From Longimicrobiales bacterium (GTDB lineage Bacteria > Gemmatimonadota > Gemmatimonadetes > Longimicrobiales > Gaopeijiaceae): a stretch of 64,000 nucleotides of DNA. A program made the translations under genes and the position numbers. Each line of letters begins with the position of its first letter. Position 1 is the stretch's first letter. Below are positions 29,489-38,376 of the stretch, one piece after another. The DNA is taken from the NCBI GenBank assembly GCA_965238005.1, contig OZ250165.1:1152001-1216000 (forward strand), in the 5' to 3' direction. Under the pieces are notes generated by a model, which saw nothing but the letters and a program-made list of their open reading frames with translations, did not search any database and was not told the origin of the DNA.

Positions 29489-30465
29489 AGCGATCCCGGC
29501 CCGTCGCCCGTCCCCAACGGGAAGAGCCTGCGCCTCATCTCGGCGATGTGGCCGGGCTGGACGCGGCAGCACCCGCCGATGCCCGAAGCCCCCAGCTCTG
29601 CCCACTCGTCGATGAGGGTCGTCCAGTCGGGGTCGCGCCGAGCCGGCGTCCACTTCTTGTCCACGGCGTCGTATCCTTCTCCCGAGTTGGGATAGACGAT
29701 GATCGGCTTCGGCTTGGCCTTCCGCATCTCCCCGATCAGCGTGGAGACGTGCTCGGGAGCGGTGCAATTAATGCCCACCGCGGCGACCTGCGGCTCGGCC
29801 GCGCACAGCTCGGCCATGTGCTCGAGGCGGCTGCCATCGCTGACATGGGCTCCGTCACGGCAGCTGAAGCTCATCCACGCCCACCGGTGCGGGGTGTCGC
29901 GTAGAAGGCGGAGGAGCACCTCGGCCTCGAGTCGCGACGGGATGGTCTCGCACGCCAAAAGATCCGCCCGGCTCTCGGCCAGGACATGCCAGCGTCTCTC
30001 GTGGAAGGCGTGCAGCTCGCCGGCGTCGATCCCGTAGTCGCCCGTGTACTCCGATCCGTCGGCGAGGAACGCCCCGTAGGGCCCGATGCTCGCCGCCACG
30101 AGGGGCCGTAGGCGACGCTCCCGGTTTTCGGGATCGGCCCAGAAGGAGTCGCGAGTCTCGACCGCCAGATCGATGAATCGCACCAAGAGCCGGACGGCGT
30201 CCTCGTCGCTCTGGCCCCTCGCCGAAAATCCTGGGAAAGTGGCCTGATAGGTTGCCGTCGTGATGCAGTCGGCGCCCGCTCTCAGAAAGTCCAGGTGCAC
30301 GTCTCGGATGGCGTCGGGGTCTTCCAGCAACACCTTAGCGGACCAGAGATCGTCGTTCAGGTCATGGCCACGCGCCTCCAAGGCCGTGGCCAAGCCACCG
30401 TCCAGCACGATCCTGCCCTGGAGTCGCACCAAGGGGAGGAGGGGGTTCTCAGTGGGGGTCGTCAC
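29485..30465 (-). CDS. mmuM: Homocysteine S-methyltransferase
   Basis: LDGGLATALE, LWSA, GPYGAFLADGSEYTG, ETIP, GINC, YPNSGE and GGCC. Confidence 0.92.
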   Translation of the reverse strand: MTTPTENPLLPLVRLQGRIVLDGGLATALEARGHDLNDDLWSAKVLLEDPDAIRDVHLDFLRAGADCITTATYQATFPGFSARGQSDEDAVRLLVRFIDLAVETRDSFWADPENRERRLRPLVAASIGPYGAFLADGSEYTGDYGIDAGELHAFHERRWHVLAESRADLLACETIPSRLEAEVLLRLLRDTPHRWAWMSFSCRDGAHVSDGSRLEHMAELCAAEPQVAAVGINCTAPEHVSTLIGEMRKAKPKPIIVYPNSGEGYDAVDKKWTPARRDPDWTTLIDEWAELGASGIGGCCRVQPGHIAEMRRRLFPLGTGDGPGSL

Positions 30466-30544
30466 TTCGATTCCGGGTCAGCCAAGGGTCGCTCAGGGGC
30501 TCGACAACAACGTGTTCGGGAAGGGATCGGGCGGCAAGCGTCTG

Positions 30545-30585
30545 AAAAGACAAGCGGGCCACCCCGAATGCTCGGGGCGGCCCGC
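30545..30585 (-). terminator. Intrinsic terminator of csp copy 2
   Basis: Minus strand GCGGGCCGCCCCGA-GCAT-TCGGGGTGGCCCGC-TTGTCTTTT. Confidence 0.78.
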
Positions 30586-30617
30586 CAGCTGCTATGGGCC
30601 ACTCGGCCCAAATGGCT

Positions 30618-30827
30618 CTAGACCTTCTGGACGTTCTCGGCGGCGGGGCCCTTCTGGCCCTCCACCACGTCGAACTCAACGCTCTCGCCTTCGGCCAGAG
30701 ACTTGAAGCCCTCGGCCTGAATCGCGGAATGATGGACGAACAGGTCTCTGCTGCCATCCTCCGGGGTGATAAAGCCGAAGCCCTTTTGGTCGTTGAACCA
30801 CTTCACAGTGCCTTTGGTACGCATCAT
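30618..30827 (-). CDS. csp: Cold-shock protein (copy 2)
   Basis: GTVKWFN, KGFGFI, FVHHS and [15 protein letters not shown]. Confidence 0.95.
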   Translation of the reverse strand: MMRTKGTVKWFNDQKGFGFITPEDGSRDLFVHHSAIQAEGFKSLAEGESVEFDVVEGQKGPAAENVQKV

Positions 30828-30842
30828 CTACTCCATCTGGTT

Positions 30843-30922
30843 GGTCATGGTCGGAGTCCGGATGATCCGCACCTTCCGACTTCTTGACTCTCGCGGTCGT
30901 ATCCCCCGCGCTGGGTCGCGGC
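30843..30922 (-). ncRNA. Candidate structured cis-regulatory 5' leader of csp copy 2
   Basis: Paralogue of 28488-28566 with the same stems. Confidence 0.55.
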
Positions 30923-30932
30923 ACCTGCCACG

Positions 30933-30963
30933 AAAAAAGCGGGCAGCCTCTGGAGGCCCCCGC
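30933..30963 (-). terminator. Terminator-like hairpin immediately upstream of the csp2 leader motif
   Basis: Minus strand GCGGGGGCCTCCAGAGGCTGCCCGC followed by TTTTTT. Confidence 0.7.
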
Positions 30964-31073
30964 ATCGATACTGCTGCTTCTAGCCTGCCTTCAATATTTC
31001 TTTGTTCGCTGTAAAGCTCACGGAAAGGACGCTTCTCGTCAACCGCCGCGGGAACGGTGAGTGAAGCCGTGCA

Positions 31074-32168
31074 TCAGAGTATCGAGAAGCGCAGCCGGGC
31101 TCCCAATCCTCCACCCTCCGCGTCGAGGAGATCCCTGGGGCCTCCGCTCATCTCCGCGACATCGCCACCGTGGAGCAGTGCGGTGCTCACCAGAGGCTCG
31201 ACGTCGGATCGCTGCTCATCGGCGAGTCTCCTAGATACCAGCAGCATATCCACCGCCCCCTGATCCAGGGCCAATCGGGTGTTCTTGAACCCGAGTGTGC
31301 CCTTGCCGCCCGGATGGGCGGAGTCGACGATGGCCTGGAGGACCTTGCCGTGCCCGTGATCGCGGATGTCGTCGAGGAATGGAGCGATCTCCTGGGACAC
31401 CTCCGATGCCGGCATCTCGAGTTCGAGACCGGGCGCAATGGTGGTGCGAGCCATGAGGGCGTCGGGAAGGCCGGAGCGGAGTGCCGACGCAACATCGGGT
31501 GGGCCCCCGATGATCACCGAGCCTTCGTGACCGATCAAATCGACTACGGCCTGTATCGTATCCCGGACGAGCTGCTGGCTTTCCGCCACGAGGGATCTCT
31601 GGGCCGCATCGCGAGCCGTGGCACCCCTCACCCCCGTGGCGACGCGTGCGGACTTCATCATGCCCACGTCCGAAAAATCCTCGAGGGAGCGGTCGACCTC
31701 CAGCTCGTTTGCCTCGGTCAACCGACCACCCTGCTGTCTCAACAGTCGTGATCGCCAGTGGTCGCACAGGACAACGGCCACGGGGTGAGCCAGGTTCAGC
31801 ACCCGCAGATAGGGCGTAAGCAGGGCGCCCCTCTGCCAGACCACTACGGTGGGAACCCGAACCGGCAGTGACTCGGAGTGGTGGATCGCACCTTCGGTAA
31901 AGAAGCCCGCCCATCCGGGCGAGGGAAGGAAACCGTGGTGACGTCCGAGATGGCTCTCGAGAACCTCGAGAGCACGGCCGAAGGCCGCTAGATCGGTTGG
32001 CGAGTGGTCCACCAGTTCGTTGCCGAGACGGCGGGTCTCTCTTTGAAGTTTTCGGCGCCAGGCGGTCCGCTCTGAAGGATCGGTCTCATCCCCATCGAGA
32101 TAGACGCTGAGCAGGGGTGTGTCCTTGAGCCGGCGGTGCAGCTCCGTCAACTGCCGAAGGTCGAGCAT
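31074..32168 (-). CDS. Bacterial aeRF1-like (baeRF/Balon-like) protein
   Basis: LSVYLD start, VIIGGP RNase-H-like core, eRF1 domain-3-like end (LALDQGAVDMLLV...GGLGARLRF); no GGQ. Confidence 0.75.
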   Translation of the reverse strand: MLDLRQLTELHRRLKDTPLLSVYLDGDETDPSERTAWRRKLQRETRRLGNELVDHSPTDLAAFGRALEVLESHLGRHHGFLPSPGWAGFFTEGAIHHSESLPVRVPTVVVWQRGALLTPYLRVLNLAHPVAVVLCDHWRSRLLRQQGGRLTEANELEVDRSLEDFSDVGMMKSARVATGVRGATARDAAQRSLVAESQQLVRDTIQAVVDLIGHEGSVIIGGPPDVASALRSGLPDALMARTTIAPGLELEMPASEVSQEIAPFLDDIRDHGHGKVLQAIVDSAHPGGKGTLGFKNTRLALDQGAVDMLLVSRRLADEQRSDVEPLVSTALLHGGDVAEMSGGPRDLLDAEGGGLGARLRFSIL

Positions 32169-32243
32169 GGTCGCCTTCCCCTCATCCGCCCTGCCTGGAA
32201 GACGAATGGGCGGAAACGAGGCATAAAGAGGTATGTTACCGGT

Positions 32244-32621
32244 ATGGAGACTCCACTGAAACCTGACTTCCACCGGTCCGACGGCGGACGCGGCCCGAAC
32301 CGGCCGCACGGGCTCGCTGGCTTCACGATGATCGAGCTCATGATCGTCACCGTCATCGTCGGGCTGCTCGTGGGCCTTGCCGTTCCCCGCTTCGATGAGG
32401 TGCGCCAAAAGGCGTTCAATCGGACGGTGCTGTCCGACATCCGAACCACCATCGCCGAGATCGAGCGCTTCGCGACCATAAAGTACGCATTTCCGAACGA
32501 CGAGAACGACCTGTTTGCGGAGGGTCTCACCCTCTCACCGGGCGTGTCCTTCACGTCCTTCAAGGTCAAAGACCCGAATGAGCCCGAGAGAGCCGAAGTC
32601 CACATTCCCGCGCAGACCTGA
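32244..32621 (+). CDS. Type IV pilin-like protein (possibly C-terminally truncated)
   Basis: G/FTMIELMIVTVIVGLLVGLAVP prepilin motif with E5. Confidence 0.78.
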   Translation: METPLKPDFHRSDGGRGPNRPHGLAGFTMIELMIVTVIVGLLVGLAVPRFDEVRQKAFNRTVLSDIRTTIAEIERFATIKYAFPNDENDLFAEGLTLSPGVSFTSFKVKDPNEPERAEVHIPAQT

Positions 32622-32875
32622 CAGGAAACTATCGCCAACGAAAGCATGGGGGTTGGAGGATTGGTTCGTTGACCTGTCAGGATTGAGTGACAGGTGCAAA
32701 GGCTAACGGCTATCTCGAACTTGGCTCCTCGGGGTCTCGATCCGCCAGGTTTTCAGGTGATGCGGTTGCGCGGCCCGTACCGGACGATGGGCGATCCCCA
32801 ATGCCCCCGTTGGGCGCGCCACGCCTCCCACCCCGAGATTGGGAAGAGATTCCACCCCGTCCGCAGGAGGCAGGT

Positions 32876-33301
32876 ATGAAGATCAGGGACATCCTCCGCT
32901 ACAAAGGGCACGAGGTCGTCACAGCGTCCGCCGGCGATAGCGTCCTCCAAACCGTGCGCGTTCTCGTGGACCACGACATCGGTGGCGTGGTGGTGGTGGA
33001 TGGCGGCGAGGTCATTGGGATTCTCACGGAACGCGACATCCTTCGTCTCGTCGCGAGCAAGCCGGACGAGCTCCAGGCCCTCGAAGTCGGGCAGGTGATG
33101 ACGCGCGACGTGATCAAGTTGGCGCCCGACGACGATCTGGCTCACGTCATGGAGGTCATGACGGAGAACCGGGTTCGACACCTCCCCGTCATCGAGGAAG
33201 GTAGGTTGGCCGGGATCGTCACGATCGGTGATGTCGTGAACGCGTTCCGGCGCGTTGCCGAGGACGAGAACGCGCATCTCATTCAGTACATCCAGAGTTG
33301 A
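32876..33301 (+). CDS. CBS domain pair protein
   Basis: MKIRDILRYKG, GILTERD, VMTRDV, RHLPV and GIVTIGDVV; AGGAGG RBS. Confidence 0.9.
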   Translation: MKIRDILRYKGHEVVTASAGDSVLQTVRVLVDHDIGGVVVVDGGEVIGILTERDILRLVASKPDELQALEVGQVMTRDVIKLAPDDDLAHVMEVMTENRVRHLPVIEEGRLAGIVTIGDVVNAFRRVAEDENAHLIQYIQS

Positions 33302-33386
33302 CGGAGCGTCCGGGCTCTGGCCGACGCAACGACGAGACTTGGAGCGTGTCCGGGCTTCCGGTAGATGGCCGTGGCATGCGAGGCTC

Positions 33387-33416
33387 TTGACACATCCCGA
33401 GGCTTCGGGTAACTAT
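33387..33416 (+). promoter_or_regulatory. Sigma70-type promoter of the phe operon leader
   Basis: TTGACA at 33387-33392, 17-18 nt spacer, TAACTAT. Confidence 0.6.
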
Positions 33417-33422
33417 CGGCTC

Positions 33423-33512
33423 ATGAACATCATTTTCTCGCAGAGCGATCGATTTATGGGCTCGCCAGGTAAACCGTTGCCAGGCGTTTGGCCGGAGGTG
33501 CGTGCGTTGTAG
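33423..33512 (+). CDS. Candidate leader peptide MNIIFSQSDRFMGSPGKPLPGVWPEVRAL
   Basis: ATG 6 nt after the -10-like element; Phe codons at positions 5 and 11, Trp at 23; precedes a terminator and the phe genes. Confidence 0.5.
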   Translation: MNIIFSQSDRFMGSPGKPLPGVWPEVRAL

Positions 33513-33538
33513 TACCAGAGCCAACCCATGAGTGGATC

Positions 33539-33572
33539 GACGTCCTGGCAAATCGCCGGGGCGTCTTTTTTT
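33539..33572 (+). terminator. Attenuator terminator 17 nt upstream of chorismate mutase
   Basis: GACGTCCTGGC-AAATC-GCCGGGGCGTC-T7; its 5' arm is also complementary to 33477-33488. Confidence 0.82.
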
Positions 33573-33589
33573 GTCCAAAGGATTTTGCA

Positions 33590-33892
33590 ATGACGACGAT
33601 GGAAGCAGTTAGGAAGCTCCACATGGTGAGAGGTGAGATCGACGCAGTCGATCGATCCCTGGTGGGGCTCATGGCGTCCCGGCTCGATTTGGCCCGGGAG
33701 GCACGGCTCCTGAAGGACCAAGGGGAACTGAGGTACGAGGATCCTGCCCGGGAGGCGGCCGTGGTCCGGCAGGCAGCCGAGACAGCCAGGGAGCTGGAGT
33801 TGGACCCCGAGATCATCCGGGACGTGTTCTGGCGCCTCATCGCCCTGTCGAAGTGGGCCCACTCGAAGAACCCGGGAGTGGCCGCGGGATGA
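33590..33892 (+). CDS. Chorismate mutase (AroQ type)
   Basis: RGEIDAVDRSLVGLMASR...K...DPAREAAV; ATGA-coupled to pheA. Confidence 0.88.
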   Translation: MTTMEAVRKLHMVRGEIDAVDRSLVGLMASRLDLAREARLLKDQGELRYEDPAREAAVVRQAAETARELELDPEIIRDVFWRLIALSKWAHSKNPGVAAG

Positions 33893-34722
33893 CCCGTGTC
33901 TCCATCCAGGGAGAGGCTGGGGCGTTCAGCCATGCGGCGGCCCAGCAGTTGCTCGGTCCGGATATCGAGCTTCATCCCTGCAGGACTTTCGACGAGGCGT
34001 TCGAGTCCGTCCTGAGACACGACGTTGACCGGGCCGTGATCCCGGTGGAGAACGCCTTGGCGGGCGCCGTGGTCGAGTCCCTGGATCTCTTGTGGTCCAC
34101 GGGCCTCGAGGTCGTGGGTGAGACGCGCGTCCGGATTCGCCTGTGCCTTTCGGCTCCTCCCGGCGTCCGTCTGGAGGACGTGCGGTCGGTCGCTTCGCAT
34201 CCGGTGGCCCTCAAGCAGTGCCGTGGGCTCTTCGACGCGAACCCCCTCATGGAGAGCGTGGTGGTCTACGACACAGCGGGCAGCGTCAGAGACCTCATGC
34301 TCGGCAACGCCGACTACGACGCCGCCATCGGATCGCCCCTCGCAGCAGAGCTCTACGGTGCGGAGGTGCTGAAGGGCGCCGTAGAGGACGACCACAGGAA
34401 CTACACCCGGTTCTTCGAGTTGACCGCACCGGCCGCCGAGAGGGCGACGAGCGGGGACTCCGCGGCGGTCGCCGTGGTGGTCCGAAACGAGCCGGGGGGC
34501 CTCCACGAGGTGCTTGGAGTGTTCGCCGCCCACGGCGTCGACATGACCCAGATCGTCGCCCGTCCCATCAGGGGCGCTCCCTGGCAGTATCGATTCTACA
34601 TGGAAGTGCGCGCGGACCGGCCCGAGAACCTGACCGAGTGCCTACGGGTGCTCGAGGGCACAGCGGAGGAGACGCGGGTCTTCGGTACTTACTCCAAGTT
34701 CCAAGAGGTCGTCGCCGGCTAG
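33889..34722 (+). CDS. pheA: Prephenate dehydratase with ACT domain
   Basis: QGEAGAFSH, PVEN, SHPVALKQC, DTAGS, NYTRF, NEPGGL and WQYRFY. Confidence 0.92.
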   Translation: MTRVSIQGEAGAFSHAAAQQLLGPDIELHPCRTFDEAFESVLRHDVDRAVIPVENALAGAVVESLDLLWSTGLEVVGETRVRIRLCLSAPPGVRLEDVRSVASHPVALKQCRGLFDANPLMESVVVYDTAGSVRDLMLGNADYDAAIGSPLAAELYGAEVLKGAVEDDHRNYTRFFELTAPAAERATSGDSAAVAVVVRNEPGGLHEVLGVFAAHGVDMTQIVARPIRGAPWQYRFYMEVRADRPENLTECLRVLEGTAEETRVFGTYSKFQEVVAG

Positions 34723-35183
34723 ACGTCGCGACGCCCAACCGCGCAACCACGCTCCGGGTGGCCTCGATCATCTTGGTGCTTGGGTCGACGGCGGTGAAGC
34801 GCCACCCAGACCGAGGGAGGGGTCAGGTGCTCGATTTCCTTGCCCGTGCCGCAGCCGACCAAGAGGAAGTGCCCCTCGGAGCCGAGATGGGTGTGAAGAA
34901 GCGCGAGCACCGCTTCGAAGACCTGGTCGTAGCCTGGAATGACGGTCTCGGCGATGAAGGTGTAGCCCTCACCGTAGTCACCGTCCAAGTCGAAGGCCTC
35001 TGGGTCCCTCACGGCGCTGTCCCTCCGGCTCGCTGGAAGTGAGCCAGCGACGCGCAGGTATCCAGTGCGACCGGGCGGGTGGTCGATGCAGAGAGCCCGG
35101 GTGACAAGGACCGTGGCGCTGAAGGTACGGTCCTTTTTCAGGATCTTGAGGCTGTAAGTGACGTCCCTGATCAGGGATTCCAT
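34719..35183 (-). pseudogene. Mosaic of an ADOP-type ABC permease N-terminus and a class I SAM methyltransferase fragment
   Basis: MESLIRDVTYSLKILKKDRTFSATVLVT joined to VIPGYDQV...LLVGCGTGKE, then frame lost. Confidence 0.6.
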
Positions 35184-35318
35184 GACAGGCTCGGGCGGTT
35201 CGGGACTGGATGTCGGCTACCCCGACGAGGGTGGTGGGGCGGAGGTTTCGCTCGCACGCCTTGCCTCGCTCCCTCATCGGCCCCAGCATCACTGAGCGCC
35301 TCACCACGGAGGGATCCC

Positions 35319-36209
35319 ATGCGCACGATCACCCTGCTTCTCGCCGTCACTCTCGCTGCCGTGTCCGGCCCGAACTCGGCCGTCGCCCAGGACCATGACG
35401 GCCCCGTCTCCTTCGTCCGTTACGAGTATCAGGACCGCATTTCCTACGGGGTGCTGGACGGTGACCGCATTCAGAGGATCGAGGGCGATCTCTATGGCGA
35501 GCACACCCTCACGGAGACCACGGTGGATCTGTCGGCCGTGAAGTTGTTGCCTCTCTCCGAGCCTCAGAAGGTCATCGCCGTGGGGCTGAACTACCGCAGC
35601 CATATCGGGGATCGCCCGCCGGCCGCGTATCCGGGGCTCTTCGCCAAGTATCCCACCTCTCTCGTGGGGCACGAAGCCGACATCGTCCGGCCCGAGGGAG
35701 CCGGCAACCTCCACTACGAGGGTGAGCTGGTCCTGGTGATCGGCAAGCGCGCGAAGAACGTGTCCGAGAGTGAGGCCCTCGACTATGTCTTCGGCGTCAC
35801 CGGAGGAAACGACGTCAGTGAGAGGGACTGGCAGGGCGCCGACCTCCAGTGGTTCCGCGCCAAGGCGTACGACACGTTCGGGCCGGTTGGGCCGGCGGTC
35901 ACCGTCGGGCTCGATCCGGACGACCTGCTGGTCCAGTCCCGTGTGAACGGCGAGGTACGCCAGTTGGAGCGATCCAGCGACCTCATTTTCGACGCCTCGG
36001 CCATCGTGAGCTACATCAGCCGCTACATCACCTTGGAGCCCGGCGACCTAATCTTCACGGGCACGCCCCAGACGACTCGTGCCCTGGAGGACGGGGACGT
36101 CGTGGAAGTGGAGATCGAAGACGTGGGCGTGCTCAGGAACCGGGTCGTGAGCGCGAAGGCAACTAGCGTGACGCTTCGCCCGATGCGGACCTGTTCGTCG
36201 CTAACATGA
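35319..36209 (+). CDS. Fumarylacetoacetate hydrolase family protein with signal peptide
   Basis: KVIAVGLNY, HYEGEL, NDVSERD, KAYDTFGP and TLEPGDLIFTGTP. Confidence 0.9.
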   Translation: MRTITLLLAVTLAAVSGPNSAVAQDHDGPVSFVRYEYQDRISYGVLDGDRIQRIEGDLYGEHTLTETTVDLSAVKLLPLSEPQKVIAVGLNYRSHIGDRPPAAYPGLFAKYPTSLVGHEADIVRPEGAGNLHYEGELVLVIGKRAKNVSESEALDYVFGVTGGNDVSERDWQGADLQWFRAKAYDTFGPVGPAVTVGLDPDDLLVQSRVNGEVRQLERSSDLIFDASAIVSYISRYITLEPGDLIFTGTPQTTRALEDGDVVEVEIEDVGVLRNRVVSAKATSVTLRPMRTCSSLT

Positions 36210-36661
36210 ACGGCGACCCCAACGCCCTCTACAGGAACGAGGGCGATGGCCGCTTCAGCGATTTGGCTCCCGAGCTTGGGCTCGACATCGACGCCCGTTA
36301 CGACGCGTGCGCTTTTGGTGACTTCGATCTTGTGATGCGCAACCTGATGGGGTCCGAGCTCAAGGGCCGGTCCATTCAGGTCCGGGTCGTGGATGCGGCC
36401 GGTCACGCCACCAGGGCCGGTGCGAAGGTGAGGGTGTATGCGGCCGGAACCCGTACGCTCCTGGGCACACGCATTCTCGATACGGGATCGGGGTACGACT
36501 CCCAGATCGTCCTGCCGGCTCACTTCGGCCTGGGTGGAGACGGTCCGGTGGACGTCGAGGTGGTGTTCCCCGGAGGTGGGTCACGAGACGTGACCGAGGT
36601 GAAGAACGTTGATCCCGCCGCCCATGTGGGCAGGCCGGTGACCGTCGTCTTGGCCGGATAG
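36182..36661 (+). pseudogene. Fragment of an FG-GAP / ASPIC-UnbV protein
   Basis: DADLFVANMNG...LYRNEGDGRFSD...FGDFD jumps to GSGYDSQ...HFGLG; N-terminus absent. Confidence 0.65.
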
Positions 36662-36705
36662 ACTTTCTCAGGGAGGCCTGCTCGGTAGTTCGCTAGGTGA
36701 GCACA

Positions 36706-38376
36706 ATGAATATCCGCAACGCTTGTTTCGCACTCGCCGCCGCCGTTCTGATGGTCTGGGCGTGCGAGCCGTCGGACCCCGCTCCCCACAACGACTCCAT
36801 CCGGGCCGAAGAGCTGAGCGCCGACCTGCACTTTCTCGCGGGGGATGAGATGCGCGGCCGCCTCGTGGGGACATCCGAGATCGAGCGGGCGGCGGAGTTC
36901 ATCGCCGCGCGCTTCGACAGCCTGGGGCTGGAGCCGGCCGGTGAGGACGGGTCCTTCTTCCAGCCCTTTGACTTGAACTGGTTCTCCCTGGGAGACGGCA
37001 ACCGCCTCAGCGTCGAGGGGGGCGGCTTCACGGGCCGCTCACGCGAGCCCGGCGACGGCTTCTACCCGCTCAACTTCAGCGCTTCCACTTCGGCCAGTGG
37101 CGAGCTCGCCTTCGCGGGCTTCGGCATCATCGAGCCCCGCCTGTCATACGACGACTACGGCGATCAGGACGTCTCGGGGAAGATCGTGTTGGCTCTGGAC
37201 CGTGAGCCGGGCGTGGCGGACCCCGAGAGTCCCTTCGACGGCGTGGTGACGGCCGAAGCGTCTGCCACTTGGCGAAAGGCGTTGGCGGCACAGGCACGGG
37301 GGGCGGCGGGAATCCTCTTCGTGCGGGACGTACACAATCGCCCCGACCTCTCCGACTTCACCCAGACGGCCCAGGACTACTGGCCCAGCACCCCCCGGCG
37401 GATCGAGCGCTTTTCTCTGGCGGTGCGGATGGAGAGGATCCACATTCCCGCAGCGCAGATCTCCGCGGAGTTGGCTGAGCGGCTCGTGGCAGGCACGGGC
37501 CGGATGCTGCAGGACCTGGCCATGGCATCCGAGACCTCCAATGGACTTGGAGCCATGGAGCTTCCGGGACCCGTCATCTCTATCGATGCGTCTGTGGAAC
37601 GTCACACGACCCGGGCGCGCAACGTGCTCGGCCTCATCCGTGGGAGCGATCCGGACCTGCGTGACGAGGTGGTCGTCCTCTCCGCCCATCACGACCACGA
37701 CGGCGCCAACGGGGAGGACATCTTCAACGGAGCCGACGACGACGGCTCGGGGATCGTGGGCCTCCTGGAGATCGCCGAGGCGTATGCCGAGGCGGTGCAG
37801 GACGGACGGAGACCCCGGCGCTCGGTGCTCTTCGCGGCCTGGGACGCCGAGGAGCGGGGTCTGCTGGGCGCTTGGTATCACACGGAGCGACCCTACGCGC
37901 CCCTGGAGGACATCGCGGCGGTTCTCAACATGGACATGATCGGGAGGAACGAGGAGGTACCGGAGGACGGGGGTGGGCGCTTCAGGGGCCTGGAGGTCCA
38001 GACGGGCGATTCCAACGCCAACGCCGTCAACATCCTGGGCCACACCTTCAGCGCCGATCTGAGGGCGGCCGTCGAGGCGGCAAACGAAGCCCACGGCCTA
38101 GAGCTCGAGCTCGACTACGACAACAACGCCTCCAACCTGCTCCGTCGCAGCGACCAATGGCCGTTCCTGCAGCGCGGCGTCCCGGCTCTCTTCTTCCACA
38201 CAGGGCTGCATCCCGACTATCATACCGTCAACGACACACCCGATCGGATCCAGTACGGTAAGATGGAGACTATCGTGCGACTGGTTCACCGGACGAGCTG
38301 GAGCCTCGCCGACGCTGACGGCAGGCCGGTCTATGATCGCCACACAGGCAGGGTTGCCGAGGGCTCGGAGCCATGA
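36706..38376 (+). CDS. M28 family metallopeptidase with PA domain (lipoprotein)
   Basis: VWAC lipobox, SAHHDH, NGADDDGSG, AEERGLLG, NMDMIGR, RSDQ and DYH. Confidence 0.9.
   Translation: MNIRNACFALAAAVLMVWACEPSDPAPHNDSIRAEELSADLHFLAGDEMRGRLVGTSEIERAAEFIAARFDSLGLEPAGEDGSFFQPFDLNWFSLGDGNRLSVEGGGFTGRSREPGDGFYPLNFSASTSASGELAFAGFGIIEPRLSYDDYGDQDVSGKIVLALDREPGVADPESPFDGVVTAEASATWRKALAAQARGAAGILFVRDVHNRPDLSDFTQTAQDYWPSTPRRIERFSLAVRMERIHIPAAQISAELAERLVAGTGRMLQDLAMASETSNGLGAMELPGPVISIDASVERHTTRARNVLGLIRGSDPDLRDEVVVLSAHHDHDGANGEDIFNGADDDGSGIVGLLEIAEAYAEAVQDGRRPRRSVLFAAWDAEERGLLGAWYHTERPYAPLEDIAAVLNMDMIGRNEEVPEDGGGRFRGLEVQTGDSNANAVNILGHTFSADLRAAVEAANEAHGLELELDYDNNASNLLRRSDQWPFLQRGVPALFFHTGLHPDYHTVNDTPDRIQYGKMETIVRLVHRTSWSLADADGRPVYDRHTGRVAEGSEP

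Noticed and set aside
32244..32621. Type IV pilus or type II secretion locus
   Set aside because: Only a lone pilin-like gene; no assembly ATPase, platform or secretin
33387..33572. T-box riboswitch as an explanation of the phe leader
   Set aside because: No TGGNACC T-box bulge or stem I motifs; a leader-peptide model fits better
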